64,000 nt of DNA from Takakia lepidozioides. Taxonomy: Eukaryota > Plantae > Bryophyta. Under the pieces are notes generated by a model that had not been told where the DNA came from, searched no databases, and saw only the letters and a list, made by a program, of their open reading frames with translations. The position numbers were made by a program, and so were the translations under genes. How positions within the stretch are numbered: the stretch's first letter is position 1; every line of letters begins with the position of its first letter. The stretch covers positions 31,620,001-31,684,000 of the forward strand of contig CM060733.1 in assembly GCA_030704615.1 (NCBI GenBank), written 5' to 3'. Below, piece by piece: positions 1 to 13,600 of the stretch.

Positions 1-212
1 GCTGTGTTGACTGTGTCGGGCTGTGTCGGCTGTGTTGGATGTGACGGGCTGTGTAACCCCCCCCTAAAGTGCGCTGCTGTGACCCCTAAGGCTCCTGTTG
101 ATCTCAGTCTGTGCAAAAATTAAGGGTACCCCACAGATCCCGTATAAGTGTCTAAGTCCCAGACAGTCCTCTAACAATCTTCCACCAAGTGGTGGCCCCT
201 GAGCACTCCCAG

Positions 213-1307
213 CTATTGGCCCCAAGGTAAAAAAATCCCCCACCAAGAAGTGATCTCCAGACGTGCCCCTTCCTGCACAAAAACTTGGGAAACATTATCA
301 TGCGGATTCCGTGAAGCCAATGGATCCGCCACTACAGTCTTTCCCCGCCTCTGTCTCTTATTCTCGGGTTGCCCTGCTAGTCCACCCTCACTGTGTGAAG
401 AGCCTTGCTCTTCCATTGCAGTGGTTTCTGGCTCAAACACTCCCATCTCCTTTCTTTCTCGCGCATCAAGTATGCCAGAATCAAGAATTATTTGAGCAAT
501 GATTGGGCCAGACACTATGATAGGAGACTTTGCGGCAGTACCCTGTAATCTTTTCATCTCCTCCACCAGTGCGTTGTACATTATGTCCGCCCATTCTACC
601 TCTTCTCCTCTCAGGGCTTTGAGTATTTCCTCTGTGAAGGATCGGCTCAAATACTGTTGGTTCTGTTTCATGGCAAACAGAACGTTCAATACCTGGCCTA
701 CCTCCTTTAGCCCTGGGTACACAGCCTTGGTACAAGCATAACCTTGAGTTTTAAAGAAACTCCCTTCTTGGAATAAGTCCCCTATTTGCAGTGTTGCCCT
801 GTGCTCCTCCACATGCACCTGGCCTGCTGGCAATCGAAACAATTGCTGTAGGTATAGGGGAGTAATTACTAATTCAACTCCCTTCACCGTTGTTGCTCTT
901 GTCCTTGGCTCAAAGTTCCGCAAGAATTGTAACATGTACTGTCTATGGTGCAATGTCCAATCTTTGCTTTGCAATCCTTGCAATCTCAGCTCCTTCAGTA
1001 TCTGCATCACCTGTGGGGTAGCAATCGTTTGTTTCTACATAATTGTGGTGCTCTTCACCCTGATTTCCTCCATTCCTCTCACTCTCTTCATTCTAGACCC
1101 ACAGAAATGTTTTGGCTGTAACAATTGAAGAAATGTCTGTAGTGCACAAAGCATAAATGTATGGTTGCCACAAAAAGCTATGGGTAATTTCTTGTAAGCC
1201 TGCGGGGCTTGCAAGCATTGTTCAAGAGAAAAGATCCGCTCTGTTGTTTCGTCCCTATGCCACTGCGTAAGTAATATTGCGAGTGTATAGTCTGTTAGTT
1301 CATCCAT
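213..1307 (-). mobile_element. Retrotransposon accessory (antisense) ORF, Athila/Tat extra-ORF-like; runs toward the window edge
   Basis: 265-aa open frame 213..1010 (MLQFLRNF..TTVKGVELVITP..LQQLFRLP; ALRGEEVEWADIMY) resembles extra ORFs of plant gypsy elements. It is preceded by a CAG acceptor at 1011-1013, so 1035..1307 may be an upstream exon. It lies next to a gypsy integrase. Family call is inference. Confidence 0.45.
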
Positions 1308-2139
1308 AGCTTCAAAGCTATAGCATTGATGGTTTGTCCCGTCGAGACACCCGTTACTCAGAACGACGCCGACTCAATAGTTATTGAGCTAATAATAAAA
1401 TCAATATCTATCCATTTACTATCAGTGACATCGTACTTGAACTTCAGATGCCCTCTAGACTTAGAGAAGTAATTTAATAGTACCATGATAGTGGTTGTTG
1501 GTTTGTTCAAGAGATCTAAGTACTGGCTGACGGGAGATCCCCCATCTAGTACCCACCTTCCTCCTCATCTTCTGTATCCTACCTATCCATACCAGCAGAA
1601 ACTGATGCTGGTTCACCCCTCTGCCCTCCCTTACCTTTATTTCTACTCAAGGCAACATTTCAACTTGCATCCATAGACTGCTTAACACGTGTATTTCAAA
1701 AATACCTCCAGCCTATGAGTAATTCTAAATAAAGTGTAATTGGAGCCTTTAACCTCTACCCTATATTTGTTTAAATGCTCCCGCCTATATTTTTCATACC
1801 CTATATTACTCTTAAAAATGTTCTAATTTTTACTTGTAGAGAATATATGACATCATTTTTTTTTTTGCACGTTAGGTGGTAATTTTTGGAAGTGGATCCC
1901 CCTAAAGTAGGTTCTGGTTATCTCTCCTACCTTAGACATGTCCATGTTTTCCAGCGTTTACACTGTTTTGCTTCCTGACCAAGGAATTGAGCTACACTTT
2001 ATAGCCTGCTTGCTTTTTCATAGGTAGCCATCTGATAAAGAAGTCGGGGTTCATGAGAGGAAGATAATGGGGGTAGACACTTCATTCTCACCTGCACTAA
2101 CCTACTGCTGTGTGGCCATGAGTGATGTAGGCATGGATG

Positions 2140-3100
2140 ATCATTTGTACGATGCTATTCTCCACAGGTGCCAAACCGGCACCCACCTTAGTGACATATC
2201 CAAGCTACTGGAAGTTCCTCCTAGGTCCGTTGTCCCTGCCTTTCTTGAATTGTACCATGCTTCCAACTTTGCTGGCCATTTGGGGGTTACCAAAACTGTA
2301 AAGAGATTGTAGGAGCAGTATCACTGGAAATGATCAGTCAAGGATCAGTTTCAGCTTTCATAGTAAGATCTGTACCCTGTCATGCCAAGACCATCCTGCC
2401 TAGGATCGAAACATATTTACCTTTACAGCCAATCCATGTGACTGAACCATTTGCAAGGGTCGGCTTAGATCTAGTTGGACCTCTTAAATCCACGTCCAAA
2501 GACCATGCATACCTTGTTGTAGCTACAGATTACCTGACGAATTGGGTTGAGCTCCGACCTCTGGTTGCTAAGAACAGTGATGAGGTGGTAGAGTTCTTCT
2601 TTGATAAGGTGATCCTCCGCCATGGTTGCCCTCTTAAGATCCTCACGGATCAAGGTACCGAGTTCTGTAACCAACTTATGGGAGATTGTCTTGTTTAATC
2701 TCAACACTAAACATGCAGTGACTGCTCCTTATAATCCCCAATGCAATGGTTTGACAGAACGATTTAACAAAACCATGTGCTAGATAATAGAGAAGAATAT
2801 GACTCTTTTGACAAATGGGATATTGCTGTGCCTATTCTACTCTTTGCCTATCAGACTTCAATACATGCCAGTACCAAGATCTCCCATTTTGAGCTTTTGT
2901 ATGGTAGAAAGTGTCGTACTCCTTTGCATATCTCCTGGCTGCAGGTCTCAGCTACTGAACCTAAGAATTGAGAAGAGTTTTTACTAACCATGGATGCTAA
3001 ACGTCGTCGTTTGAGGGAAATAACTAAGTTTAACATTGTCTTTGCTCAGGCTTCTCAAACAAAGAATTACAATCGAAGGGATGTATCCATTGCTGAAGAG
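2140..3100 (+). mobile_element. Ty3/gypsy integrase remnant (stops and frameshifts)
   Basis: Zn-finger part YHASNFAGHLGVTKT; core VGLDLVGPL..VATDYLTNWVE..ILTDQGTEFCN..TAPYNPQCNGLTERFNKT; WDIAVPILLFAYQTSIHAST..FELLYGRK; spread over several frames. Confidence 0.92.
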
Positions 3101-3331
3101 TAGCTTTGCCTTTCGTGTTAGTTTTCTGCACCATATGTAACAACTGGGGTTTTTCCTAGGGGATGTTTTGTCCTTCGCCCAACTTGCAGGGCAAGGTTTT
3201 TTTCTCCTAGGCTTTTTCATCCCTCTTGCATTGGGTATATAGTTTGTTTAGGCTAGATTCTTCTTTGTTCTTCATGAGCTCTCCGCTCGCAGGAGCTCGC
3301 AAGTTTTAGAGGCCCCAACATGCTACACATA

Positions 3332-3874
3332 TGTGGAGATGAGATTCCTCCTCACCTGTTTATTCGGCTTGGATGAATGGAGGGAGAATGTGGTCCGGAT
3401 GAGGTATGGACGGAGATATGATGTAGTTTGGATGATCTTGCACTTTGTGCATGAGGATGAGCTGACAACAGCTTACGACTTTAATACGTATAATTGTCTT
3501 ATTCTAACAGCTAGTTTAGCATTAGATTAGGATGGAACTAGGTGATGTGGCTTCTTTCTATGGTTGTGCTGGAACGACATTTGGCTGGTCTGTGTGTAAG
3601 TGCCACGCGGCACAAAGATTAGATTACGCCCTAATACTATTTAAGCTCATTGCTGTGGCAGTCTGGGTGGTGGATTTCATCTGATGTGTGTACGTACGCT
3701 CTGTGCTTGAGTGTTTGTATGAATGTTGCATGGATGTGCAAGTCCATTGAATCATCTTCGTGAGATTCCGTCCTCTCTACCAGGCCCTTCTGCCGACTAC
3801 ATCCCCCTTAACTAGTCAGTCTAAGCCGGTAGAGGAAGGGGAATAACCCCCTGGCCTCGGTATCGTGCTTCACA
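3332..3874 (+). mobile_element. Possible LTR of the gypsy remnant
   Basis: Starts TGTGGAG and ends CTTCACA (imperfect TG..CA termini), internal TATTTAA at ~3638, downstream of the integrase. No TSD or clear PPT seen. Confidence 0.35.
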
Positions 3875-4011
3875 TGACAGCGTCCTGTTCATTTAAAATT
3901 TAAAAAAAAAGAAAAAAGAAAAAACACAAAAGTAGTGGATCCGCCCTCAGGGGTTTCCTTTTTAAGAAACAAAGTTCAAATCGTAAACATGTAAATGGAC
4001 AGTGCTGTAGG

Positions 4012-4156
4012 TAAACGTGGCTATTCCTGACTGCCCCGGCGGCCAAGAGCCGTTCATCTTGATGCTTCAGATCCGTACACGTGCTGAGCCAGCCCGTGAA
4101 CGCTGGATTCTGCCTGGGACACGTGGTGGGCTACAAATACCCATGGCTTTTATAAT
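4012..4156 (+). promoter_or_regulatory. Putative pullulanase promoter with G-box/ABRE cluster and TATA-like element
   Basis: ACGTGGC at ~4015, CACGTG at 4078 and 4120 (GACACGTGG), TTTATAA at ~4149, about 500 bp upstream of the ATG. Motif presence only. Confidence 0.35.
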
Positions 4157-4572
4157 TCTTCTACGTTCACCCAACTAGTCCAAACATACGATACATTTCA
4201 TCCATGGATCCCACGAACAGACACATCCATCCATTCGGGTGTACGTGTTGGATTCGTGACCTTCCAGATGGTAGCATGCCGATGGTGAGACTGGATATAG
4301 CCGGTGGTCATTGGCTGCAGCAGGTCAAGAATGGATGAATGTATCCTTGAACCGTGAGTGAGAGAGTGAGGTTGTTCGGTGATGAAGGGCAGTTTGGTCG
4401 GCTGACCGGTTGTTTCGAGAGGCTGTCTGATGGTGGGGAAGACGGAGGTAGAATCACAATGCAAGACATAGAGAGGGCACTGCCTCGTTCTTCCTGAAGA
4501 GATTCGTGTTGCTGCATAAATCTTCTCAAGGCTGTGAATGGTCTCACTTGCTGCATCACCTCGCATTGGGTG

Positions 4573-4592
4573 AGAGAGAGAGAGAGAGAGAG
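4573..4592 (+). repeat. (GA)n microsatellite upstream of the pullulanase start
   Basis: About 10 GA units seen directly. Confidence 0.9.
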
Positions 4593-4647
4593 TTCGCATT
4601 TGGGATAGCAGCTCTGCTCAAGGGCCAAAGTGTGCTGATTTACAGCG

Positions 4648-7600
4648 ATGGCGGGATCTCTGCTAGACTCGATTTCCAACCCCTCCCAGCATAACTGTTC
4701 AGCATCCCAAATCCTTCCTGCAAATGGGGTTGGCTGCCTGAATCATGCCCTGCCTTTCATGAGAATATCAAAGCACTCTTACAAGGTGGGGTCCTGTGCG
4801 TCTCCACATTTTGATGGGCTACAAGTGAACGTCAAAGAATTCAGCCAGTCGTTGAATTGGAATGTGACATGGAGACAGAGGTCTCTTGTTTTCTGGGGAG
4901 GGAGAAGGGAGAAGGGGAGAAAACCTTGGCAACCAGCTAAGGTTGCCAACGTCTCAGTGGAAGTGCAAGACGATGTGGAAAGAGAGAGTGGCAAGGCCAA
5001 CACCGTGCGCATCCATTACAACAGGTTGCTCCAGTTCTTGTGGGCCTGAATCGTTACTGCTAGATTTCCTCTCAGCATTGTGATTTCAGACTGTGATGTA
5101 CCTTGGAATATTTTGCTTTATTTTCTAGGACCCACATTGTGAGAGTTGTCTCAAAATTCTACGTTTTTCATGTGGAAATCCGCATAGCTCGCAAATTTTG
5201 GCATGGGAGGACTCTGTACTTTACAAACTATTGGGGGTTTAGACGTACTCCGTTTGGTAGATTTGGCATCGTCCCAGTCCGACGAGATAAAAGCTTGGTT
5301 AGTGTTACAGCTCCTGTACTGCTGAATTGTCATTTCCTAACTCAACAAGTGCTTGAAATCTCATGAACATGGTGAGTCTGATTTTTCTACGACTACCTAC
5401 TGGTGATCTAAATGTGAACTTGCAGCCAATATGGTCCAATGAAATTCTCTTCACAGCTCAAGGTTGGCCGTATTGCAGGTGCTTGCTCGGGGCATCTGTG
5501 CACGCCTTGACCAATGTTGCTACAGGCTGCAATCTGATCGCCATTTTTCATAGTTTTTCGAGGGATGGGTTTAGGACTGGTCCAACACCTTGAACATTGT
5601 GCAGGGTTGTGTGATCACAAAGTACTCCAGTTGAAAAATAGCAAGCGGTTTAGGTACAATGAGCTACAAAGGCAATCCAACTTATGCATTCCTGCCTACG
5701 GATTCCAATGTAAAACCCGCCTGGTTGATGAGGGCATGGATTAGGGGGCAATATGGGTGGCTACTGGTGTGAATTATGTGGATGATTTCCATTCCCCATT
5801 GCCTTGAGGGGGATTCCTGCATATTCTGCAAAGGTTTGGCACAGGAGAAGGGCATCTTGTTGACAGTTCAATTTTGCTTGTGATGTAGGAAGAGTGGGAA
5901 GTACGACAAATGGGGCCTGCATGTGTGGGGAGATACTGATGTTACGACTGCCTGGGACAGCCCGCTTGGCCCATCAGGTTCAGACGAGTTTGGGGTCTAC
6001 TGGGAAGTGGAAGCCAAGCAGGATGGCACTGTGCATTTTCAGGTCCACCAGGGAGATGCCAAGGTTTCACTCTCTCATTTCTCTGTTCTACCCTGTTCAA
6101 TGGATCCTCGTGGCTCGTTATAAAGTTACTTCCTTCGTTTCTCTCTGCGGACGATGTAAAGTACCATTTCATTTCTCTCTCTTTCAGGAAGACCTGGTTG
6201 AGAACTTTCTCAACGCGCCTGAGGCCATTTAGGTCTCTTAATGGTATTAGAAATTTTTTCTTGTTCTCCCTTTCAGTAAGCCAAATGATACAGTCTTTCT
6301 TTCTCCCACAAGGAGGGAATGGATATGGGGCTAATGATACATGGGTAGGCTAGCATAGAGCTCTGTAGAGGGAAGTGGATAAAGCCCGGGACAAAAGAAG
6401 GGATGAGAACCCTCATTGAACGGGTGTGTGATGTTATAGAGTCACCCCAACCTCAGGGTGCTATTGAGCCAGCCCAGCCTTAGGATCAGGGTCAAAGTAG
6501 ATCTTACTGCAATTTCTGGGTGTGACCGATCCTTTAAATTCAGTTAGTTCGACTATGGCCGCTGGCCTCCAGTGGCATACTAAAATTCTTTAATCTCTGA
6601 CGTTGCCATAAACGGGTCACATAGAAGCAGAAATTGCTCTTAATGATTTCGCTTGTATTTTTTTCAGACACATGCTGCAAACTAGTCAGATGGGGAGAAA
6701 TCTCGTATTTGGTGCTATATGGCAAGGGGATAGCTGATCGCTTGAAAGTTAAAGGGGGTAGATGAGATAAATAGCTGCTTGGTTAACGTTTTGGAGGGGT
6801 GTTTTGTGCAATTTTGTGATGCAGGACTGTTCAGGCTCAGTGTCAAGTGCAAAAAAAATGGCTGATGTGTGGTTGGTGTCAGAGAAGCCGACAGTTTTTG
6901 CTGAAAAGCCTGACCTAGCGTCCCTTCCTCATGTATGCAGGCCGAATCCAGTATGGAAGTTTGTAAGAGTGTTTTGGCAAGGCTCAAAACAGCATTTCTT
7001 GATAATCTCAAGGAGAAATGTTATGTGGGTTAGGCTAATTTACAGAAGAAAATGCCCTCTCAATTGTCAGGGTTTCCAAAACTTGTTTACGATGTGCACG
7101 TGATTGTCAACTTGTTTTAACTGGGGGAATGACAAGCAGTTAAGTTCTAGTGAGTTGATAATGATGACAAGATTGCTGATCTCGTCACACTACACAGGGT
7201 GATATTGGCCTGGCGCGAGCATTTTGGGTTGCAGCAGATGTGTTGGCATGGACTTCCGAAATTGAAGATGCCCAGTTTTATCTCCATGCCAGCGAAACTG
7301 CCACTTTGAAGCTCACTGGGAAAGGTGTTGAAGGTAAATAAGTTAACATTTAGCTGCCTCTGTGTTTTACTCTCAAAAAACATGTTCATAAATAGTCCAC
7401 ACGGTCATAGATTGTCAAGCTATATGTGTACTCTTCTCACAAAGGTCTGTTGGACTTGGCTTGAGCAGGGGCAGATGTCTCACTAAAGCTGGAAGAAGAT
7501 CCAACTGGCCTACCTGTTGAGGTATATCGATGATTTAACTCTCTCAGCGTCTATGTTCTGTGGTAGCTAACAGGATGCAAATGGTCACATGCCATCCAAT

Positions 7601-10600
7601 GAACCATTCTTTCAATATGAGCAGGAACTGTGCACTTTCACCAATTCCATGGGGGCAAGCCTTTGGTGTTACATTGAGGGAGTTGGAATACATAACTGGT
7701 GATAGAAACAAATAGTGGGAAGGGTGGGGATACCCTCGACTGTTAAAACCCCCCAGCTATCCAAGGACGTTCAGTATGCCCTCAAGGGCCTCAGTTGTAT
7801 GTATCCTGACTATATATCTCTGCTTTCATCTCTAATTGCTTGCAAGTCCCCGGTTTTCAGATTGAGTATACCCCACAAGCATATGCATGCTTTGGATAAA
7901 CTTCAGTGCACTTGCTTATGGGAGCCTCATGCGACCTTGGCAGGTGGTGAAGAAGTTCCCTCACATCAATGGCTACCGGGCCCTTCGGTTGCCTCAGGGG
8001 TATGATGCCAAGATCCTGGTCAAATGCCAGCTGGCTTTATCATCTGTTAATGGTAAGAATGTACTTCCAGTGAACTTGGTATAGTCAGCGTATTGAACCA
8101 GCCCAAATTGTTTCCAGAAGCGAATTGTTAGTCTTGATGTAAGCAAGAAAAAGTCTCCAATATCTGTTCCCCTGAAGCTCTTGATGATTGCAGAAATTAA
8201 TCTGTTGTCAACTGCTTAAAGAGTTGTTAAAGAGTTGTTGACTCGACTAGCAGTGACATGTCTGTTGTCCACTGCCTATGGACAGCCAACGGAGCTCCCA
8301 TTGACGCTGTAGGGGTCCAGCTCCCAGGTGTCTTGGATGCCCTATTTGCGTATGATGGTCCACTCGGTGTCATCATTTCAGAAGACACTGTCTCACTGAA
8401 TGTGTGGGCTCCCACAGCTCAGGTAGACACACTCATCATCATGTTCCAACCGGCCTACTTTATGTTCTAGCATGTCTTTGTGATGTGATTCTGGGGTCAT
8501 GTTGTGATGGCTTACTGCAAAGCTGAATGGCAAGAACATTCATTGGAGCAGTGCCATAGCTGCCATAGCTCTCTGGAAGTAAATGAAGGAAACTGTATTC
8601 ATACTTGAGAAAGAAAGAAACCTTATAATGTCCATGGAGGGCTCTTGGGACCCATCGGAAAAAGTAGAACAACGAGAAACAACTCCACAAATAAGAGGGT
8701 TGTGTATTCGTGCCACCTGCTTGCGTGAGCTATGATGTGACCTGCACAGGTATTGATGGGCACAATATGGGAGCTATCTTGCGCTTGAATGTACAGACAC
8801 TAGGAAACTCAGACTCTGCAAAAGTATCAGGTTCTCTTTGGTATGGCTGTCATCGATGGGAGTGGCTATTGATCATAGCACAGCCCTTCCTAGATACTTA
8901 TTGATATAGGACACAAGGTCTCCCTCTGGACTTGACTACACTGTGACAGAGGCAAAATTACCCCCAAGTGGTTGTATTGCAGAATCTGCATGTGCTTTTG
9001 TACTCCACACCTACGGGTGGTGAGCCTGAAGAAGTGGTGCAGCTCAATGAGAGTAATGGGGTATGGACAGTGCATGGACCCAGCCATTGGAAGGGGAAGT
9101 ACTATCTCTATGAGGTCACTGTATTCCATCCGAGAACCCAGCGTATTGAGAAATCTCTGGCAACTGATCCATACTCTCGGGGGTAAGTGCATTTAAACTT
9201 ACAGAACATGCTTATGGCTTTGTGTTCTTCCTTAACAGGTAAATATGGCCAGCCTTTACCTCTCGCTTCTTTCTTTCAGCTCAGCACCTTTACAAACATT
9301 GTCAAGAAGTCCAGCTTTAGTTTCCTCTATCTGCAATACCAGTGAGTCAATGGGTGACAGCACAAAATGGATGTGCGCACACTGGAAGTATATTTGTCAT
9401 AAGTTCTTATTTATTAATTGATGGACCTGACTGGTCCTCTCCATATCATATCAACAATGAACAACCAAGCTGGGGGAAGAAAAGCATGGATAGAAGCTGT
9501 TCAAGTGTTGCTACTGAATAAGGCATTACCACTATAATCAACCACTAACAATACTGCAAACCATCTATCTAGGAGAAAACAGTGCTGTCTTCTGAACTCA
9601 AATGAATCCCTAATGATCCCTTAGTGGTTATAAGGGCTTGCACAATGATTTATTGTTCCACCAAATGAAAAGTTTACTCTACTTTAATATATATTCTCTT
9701 TTTTAATGCTTGGAACCTATAGGTGCAGCTATCAACAAATCAACATTTCAATCTCGTGTTGTTGTGAACCAGTCTTTCGGCCAATGGGGAACGGTCTTTT
9801 ATAGTTGATCTGGCAGACGAGTCGCTTATGCCAGAAGGCTGGGCAACACTTGCAAATGAGAAGCCTACACTGGAAGCTTTCACTGACATTGCCATTTATG
9901 AACTGCACATCAGAGATTTCAGGTTCACCTCTCAACCCTTCCCAGCAATCTATTTCTGCATGTTGTTGGGGAAGAAATGAAATGATACTTTACAAGAAAT
10001 GAAATGAAATGAAATGTTGCTTTATCACGTCCGCAGAAAGCTCATAGAGCTTGTGGGACAAAATGGAAGAAAACATGAGAGAGGAACAAAACCAGAACCC
10101 AAGAATAATAACTAATGTTCTAACGATTGTCTAAGGGTGAAGGCCTCGTGCAGGTATGCTGCCAAGCATTTTTGATCCTCATAGTGGAAGACATCAGTGA
10201 GAGATTGGGTTCCACTGAATAAACAGTGGAATCTCCCACTCGTAGTATAGAGGGCAGTAGAAGAATGTTCTTCAGTTTCAATTTCCTGGCTGCACCCTAT
10301 GCAAGCTGGACATAGGCGGTCCTCCCGTTGCAGGTTTTCCCATCTGCCAGTCTCTATCCGTAGGTTGTGGGAACCCACCCTGAAGTGCCCCAATGCCCTC
10401 AGGAGGGAAGGAGATAAGGATGCTGAAAGAAACTAAGAAACAAACAAACTTTATACCATTCGAAGAGGGCTACAAGGGCCCATGGGACAGGAAGAGAGAT
10501 GAGAGGTCTCCATTGGTTGAAGAGTCTAGGATCTGTGGGAGGTGTGGTTTTGTTTTGCAATCAAGCTCAACATCCGAGCAGGGTACAAACATCTTGTGTT

Positions 10601-13600
10601 GCTATGTGCCTGGCAGCGCTTCTGATAGGACTGTTGATCCTGGAGTACGAGGGGGATACCTTGCCTTTGCACAAAAGGTATGGAAAAGGATATTAGATGT
10701 TGGCAATCTAGTAGGTAATTGTTGTAATTACTGTGAACTAAGGTTGTGCATCTATCTACATCACTCACTTGAATCCACTATTTTGAATTAATTTTGACAC
10801 CCAGGAATAGTGGATGAAGGATTCCATCATAAGTTTTTGCCACTATTTATTACCGTCAAATGAGTGCTTACCACGTAAGGATTTAATCCAAATAGTGGGT
10901 GGCCATATTATCTAGCAGATTCAGGGTTAGTGGGTGTAGATGGAAACACACCCTTAAGGAGCTTTTCTTCCAGCCGGAACCTACTGATTTCCAATGCTCT
11001 GCAGCTGCTTGGCATAGAAACAGCAACTAATTTTCACTGATGATTACATCATTCTAGCTATACTACTGAGAAAGTATAGGACAAATTTGCACTTTGTTTA
11101 TGTAGAGTACCATTTCATTTCATTTCATTTATTTAAGAGTTTTTTCTGATGAACAATGGAAATAGCATAGAGTGCTAGCAAATTGAGTTACCCAATGTGT
11201 AACTAAAGCTCCTGGGGTCAGGTCCTTCAAGTCAGAGCTGGAGAAAACACCACAGACAACTCTGACAAGTGGAATCCGGATTGAAGTTTGTGACCTTGCT
11301 CTCTCCGTTTAGACTACACCTCTTTGTATCATCTTTGTATGTAGACTTTATTAGACAACAGGTTCAGTTCTGATTCAGAAAGTGAATCTGCAGGAGTCTG
11401 CAGGTGTAGCCCATCTAAAGAAGCTGGCTGAGGCAGGGCTTACACACATTCATTTGTTGCCTTGCTTCGACTTCTCAAGTGTTGATGAGAGGAAGGAGAC
11501 TTGGAAATCTGTCGGTGAGGACTTGCCTTTGGCCACCTCTTGTTGCTGAATTTTGTTCAATATCAAGTATTTGCATTTGGCTCTAGGTATCCTGCTTTCA
11601 GAATTGAGACGCTTGCATGAGTAATGAACTAAGTCAGCTTTTCCTCTTAAATGGATGAATACAATCACTATTATCTACTCACTCTTGCTGCCTGTCTATG
11701 ATATAGATGCAGGAAAGTTGGCCACCTTTGCCTCCGACTCAGAGGAGCAGCAAGCAGCAGTGGTGGCCATTCAGGATGAGGATGCATTTAATTGGGGGTT
11801 TATACCTTAACCCTTAGAAGATTTGAACTGCATTTTCAACGAATCCTTATTTGTGACTAATTCATAGACATGTTTAGTAAAGCCTTATGGGCAAGAATTT
11901 GGTTATTCCAACCAGGGTTAAAGTTGCAATACAGTAGTAGCCACTTGGGAGTAAACAAACTTTATAAGGTCCATGGGAAACTCAAAGCAGAAAGATAAGA
12001 GCGAGTTGTTAAGGGAGTTTCTGGTGTTCCAAGGTTGTTATAGAGGTTTTTGGAATGGCTTTTGATCTGGGCCAGGCTCACGCTTCATGAAGTGCAGAGC
12101 GTGCAAAACGAACAGAAAAAAAGAAACTCCTTAACAAGAGAGAAAATTCACATGAAATGTATTTCCTGGTAAGAAGATAGGACTCTACTGAACATACTTC
12201 ATTGACTTGGCATTGTGAGACAATGGGGGTGTTAGGGTCACTTTAAGTAAAGATCTGGGTTCGCAGATATGATCCAGTACACTGGGGTGTCCCAGAAGGT
12301 AGCTATGCAACTCACCCTCATGGGTCACCTCGCATTCTGGAGTTTCGGACAATGGTTCAAGTAAGTTTTAATCCTCAGAGTGACTGTTGTATCATTTTTT
12401 CCTTTTTGCAGTACAGGTCTGGTTTCAATGCTGCATGTTCTAAAAGCTGTGTTACGAGTTTTAATCTCTCGTGTACTTAGATCACTCTTAATTCTCATAT
12501 TGTTCATTTTGTTTCTTTTGGGCATGTCCAGGCCCTAAATAAGTTGGGACTGCGAGTTGTGCTGGATGTGGTGTACAATCATGTCCATGGAAGTGGGCCA
12601 TCAGGCATCCACTCAGTTTTTGACAAGGTGAGTTACCAACTCCTGATGGAGCAGCCCTTAGGTGCATGACTGACTTGACACTATTTGCAATCTTTTTGCA
12701 AAGAGGGTCTAACAGTGAAGTAATGCAGGTCGTGCCAGGGTACTATTTGCGGCTCAACAAGGATGGGGCCATTGAGAACAGCACATGTATGAATAACACG
12801 GCTAGTGAGCATTACATGGTGGACCGTCTCATTGTTGATGACCTAAAGAATTGGGCCGTGAACTACAAGGTTTGGATCTTATCTCTCTGCCTTGGTCACG
12901 GGCTCCATAGGTCCAGTCTGCATGTATTTTTATTTTTCTGTGGTTGACTTTATGGTTTTTCTTTCTTTACACAAGGCTCTCCACTTCAGTGGATCACTTG
13001 AAATGAAGTGCAGTTTTATGGTTGTGGTGGCTGGTTGTTGGGGGCCCCTCTTTTCTGTTCTGTTTCTCTTTTACTTTGTCTCGTAAATCTCACTGTTACT
13101 ATGAGATCCATGGGAGATTCCATTGTCCATTCCGAGATACCCAATGTCTCACAGAGATCTTCCATTACGAGGATCAGAATGCTTAGCTTCATATCTGCAT
13201 GAGGCGGTGACTCTTAGACAACCCTTGACCAATAGTTGTTTCTGGGCTGCTTGTGTGGGAGCCTCTCTCTTTCTTGTTCCATGCTTTCACTCGTCCCTCT
13301 TTGAGCTCTCCATGGACATTAGAGTATCATTTCATTCTTCCTCAACACTCGGGGAGGTTGAGATAGTCAAATTGTACCGGTATCTGGGTCTGGTTATCCA
13401 CTCCCCCAAATTCCAGTTTGCAGCAACTGCCCTGGACAGATTGATTGGTTGTGAATTCTGGGCACCTGCGGTCCCAATTTCCTGGTGGGAAAATCTGGAA
13501 CCATTGCAGTCATCTTTCCTCCAAGCAATGCTTGGCGCCAGAGGCACAACTCCATCTCACATACTGAGTGCAGAATTCGCATGCGTGCCACTGCAAACTG

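Noticed and set aside
3802-3845. Twister-like motif (CCCCTTAAC..GTCTAAGCCGG..GAGGAAGGGG)
   Set aside because: Too short, and the P4/T2 pairings are missing.
4198-4679. Minus-strand ORFs of 123-133 aa upstream of the pullulanase
   Set aside because: No recognisable motifs; they run through a (GA)n tract and are probably spurious.
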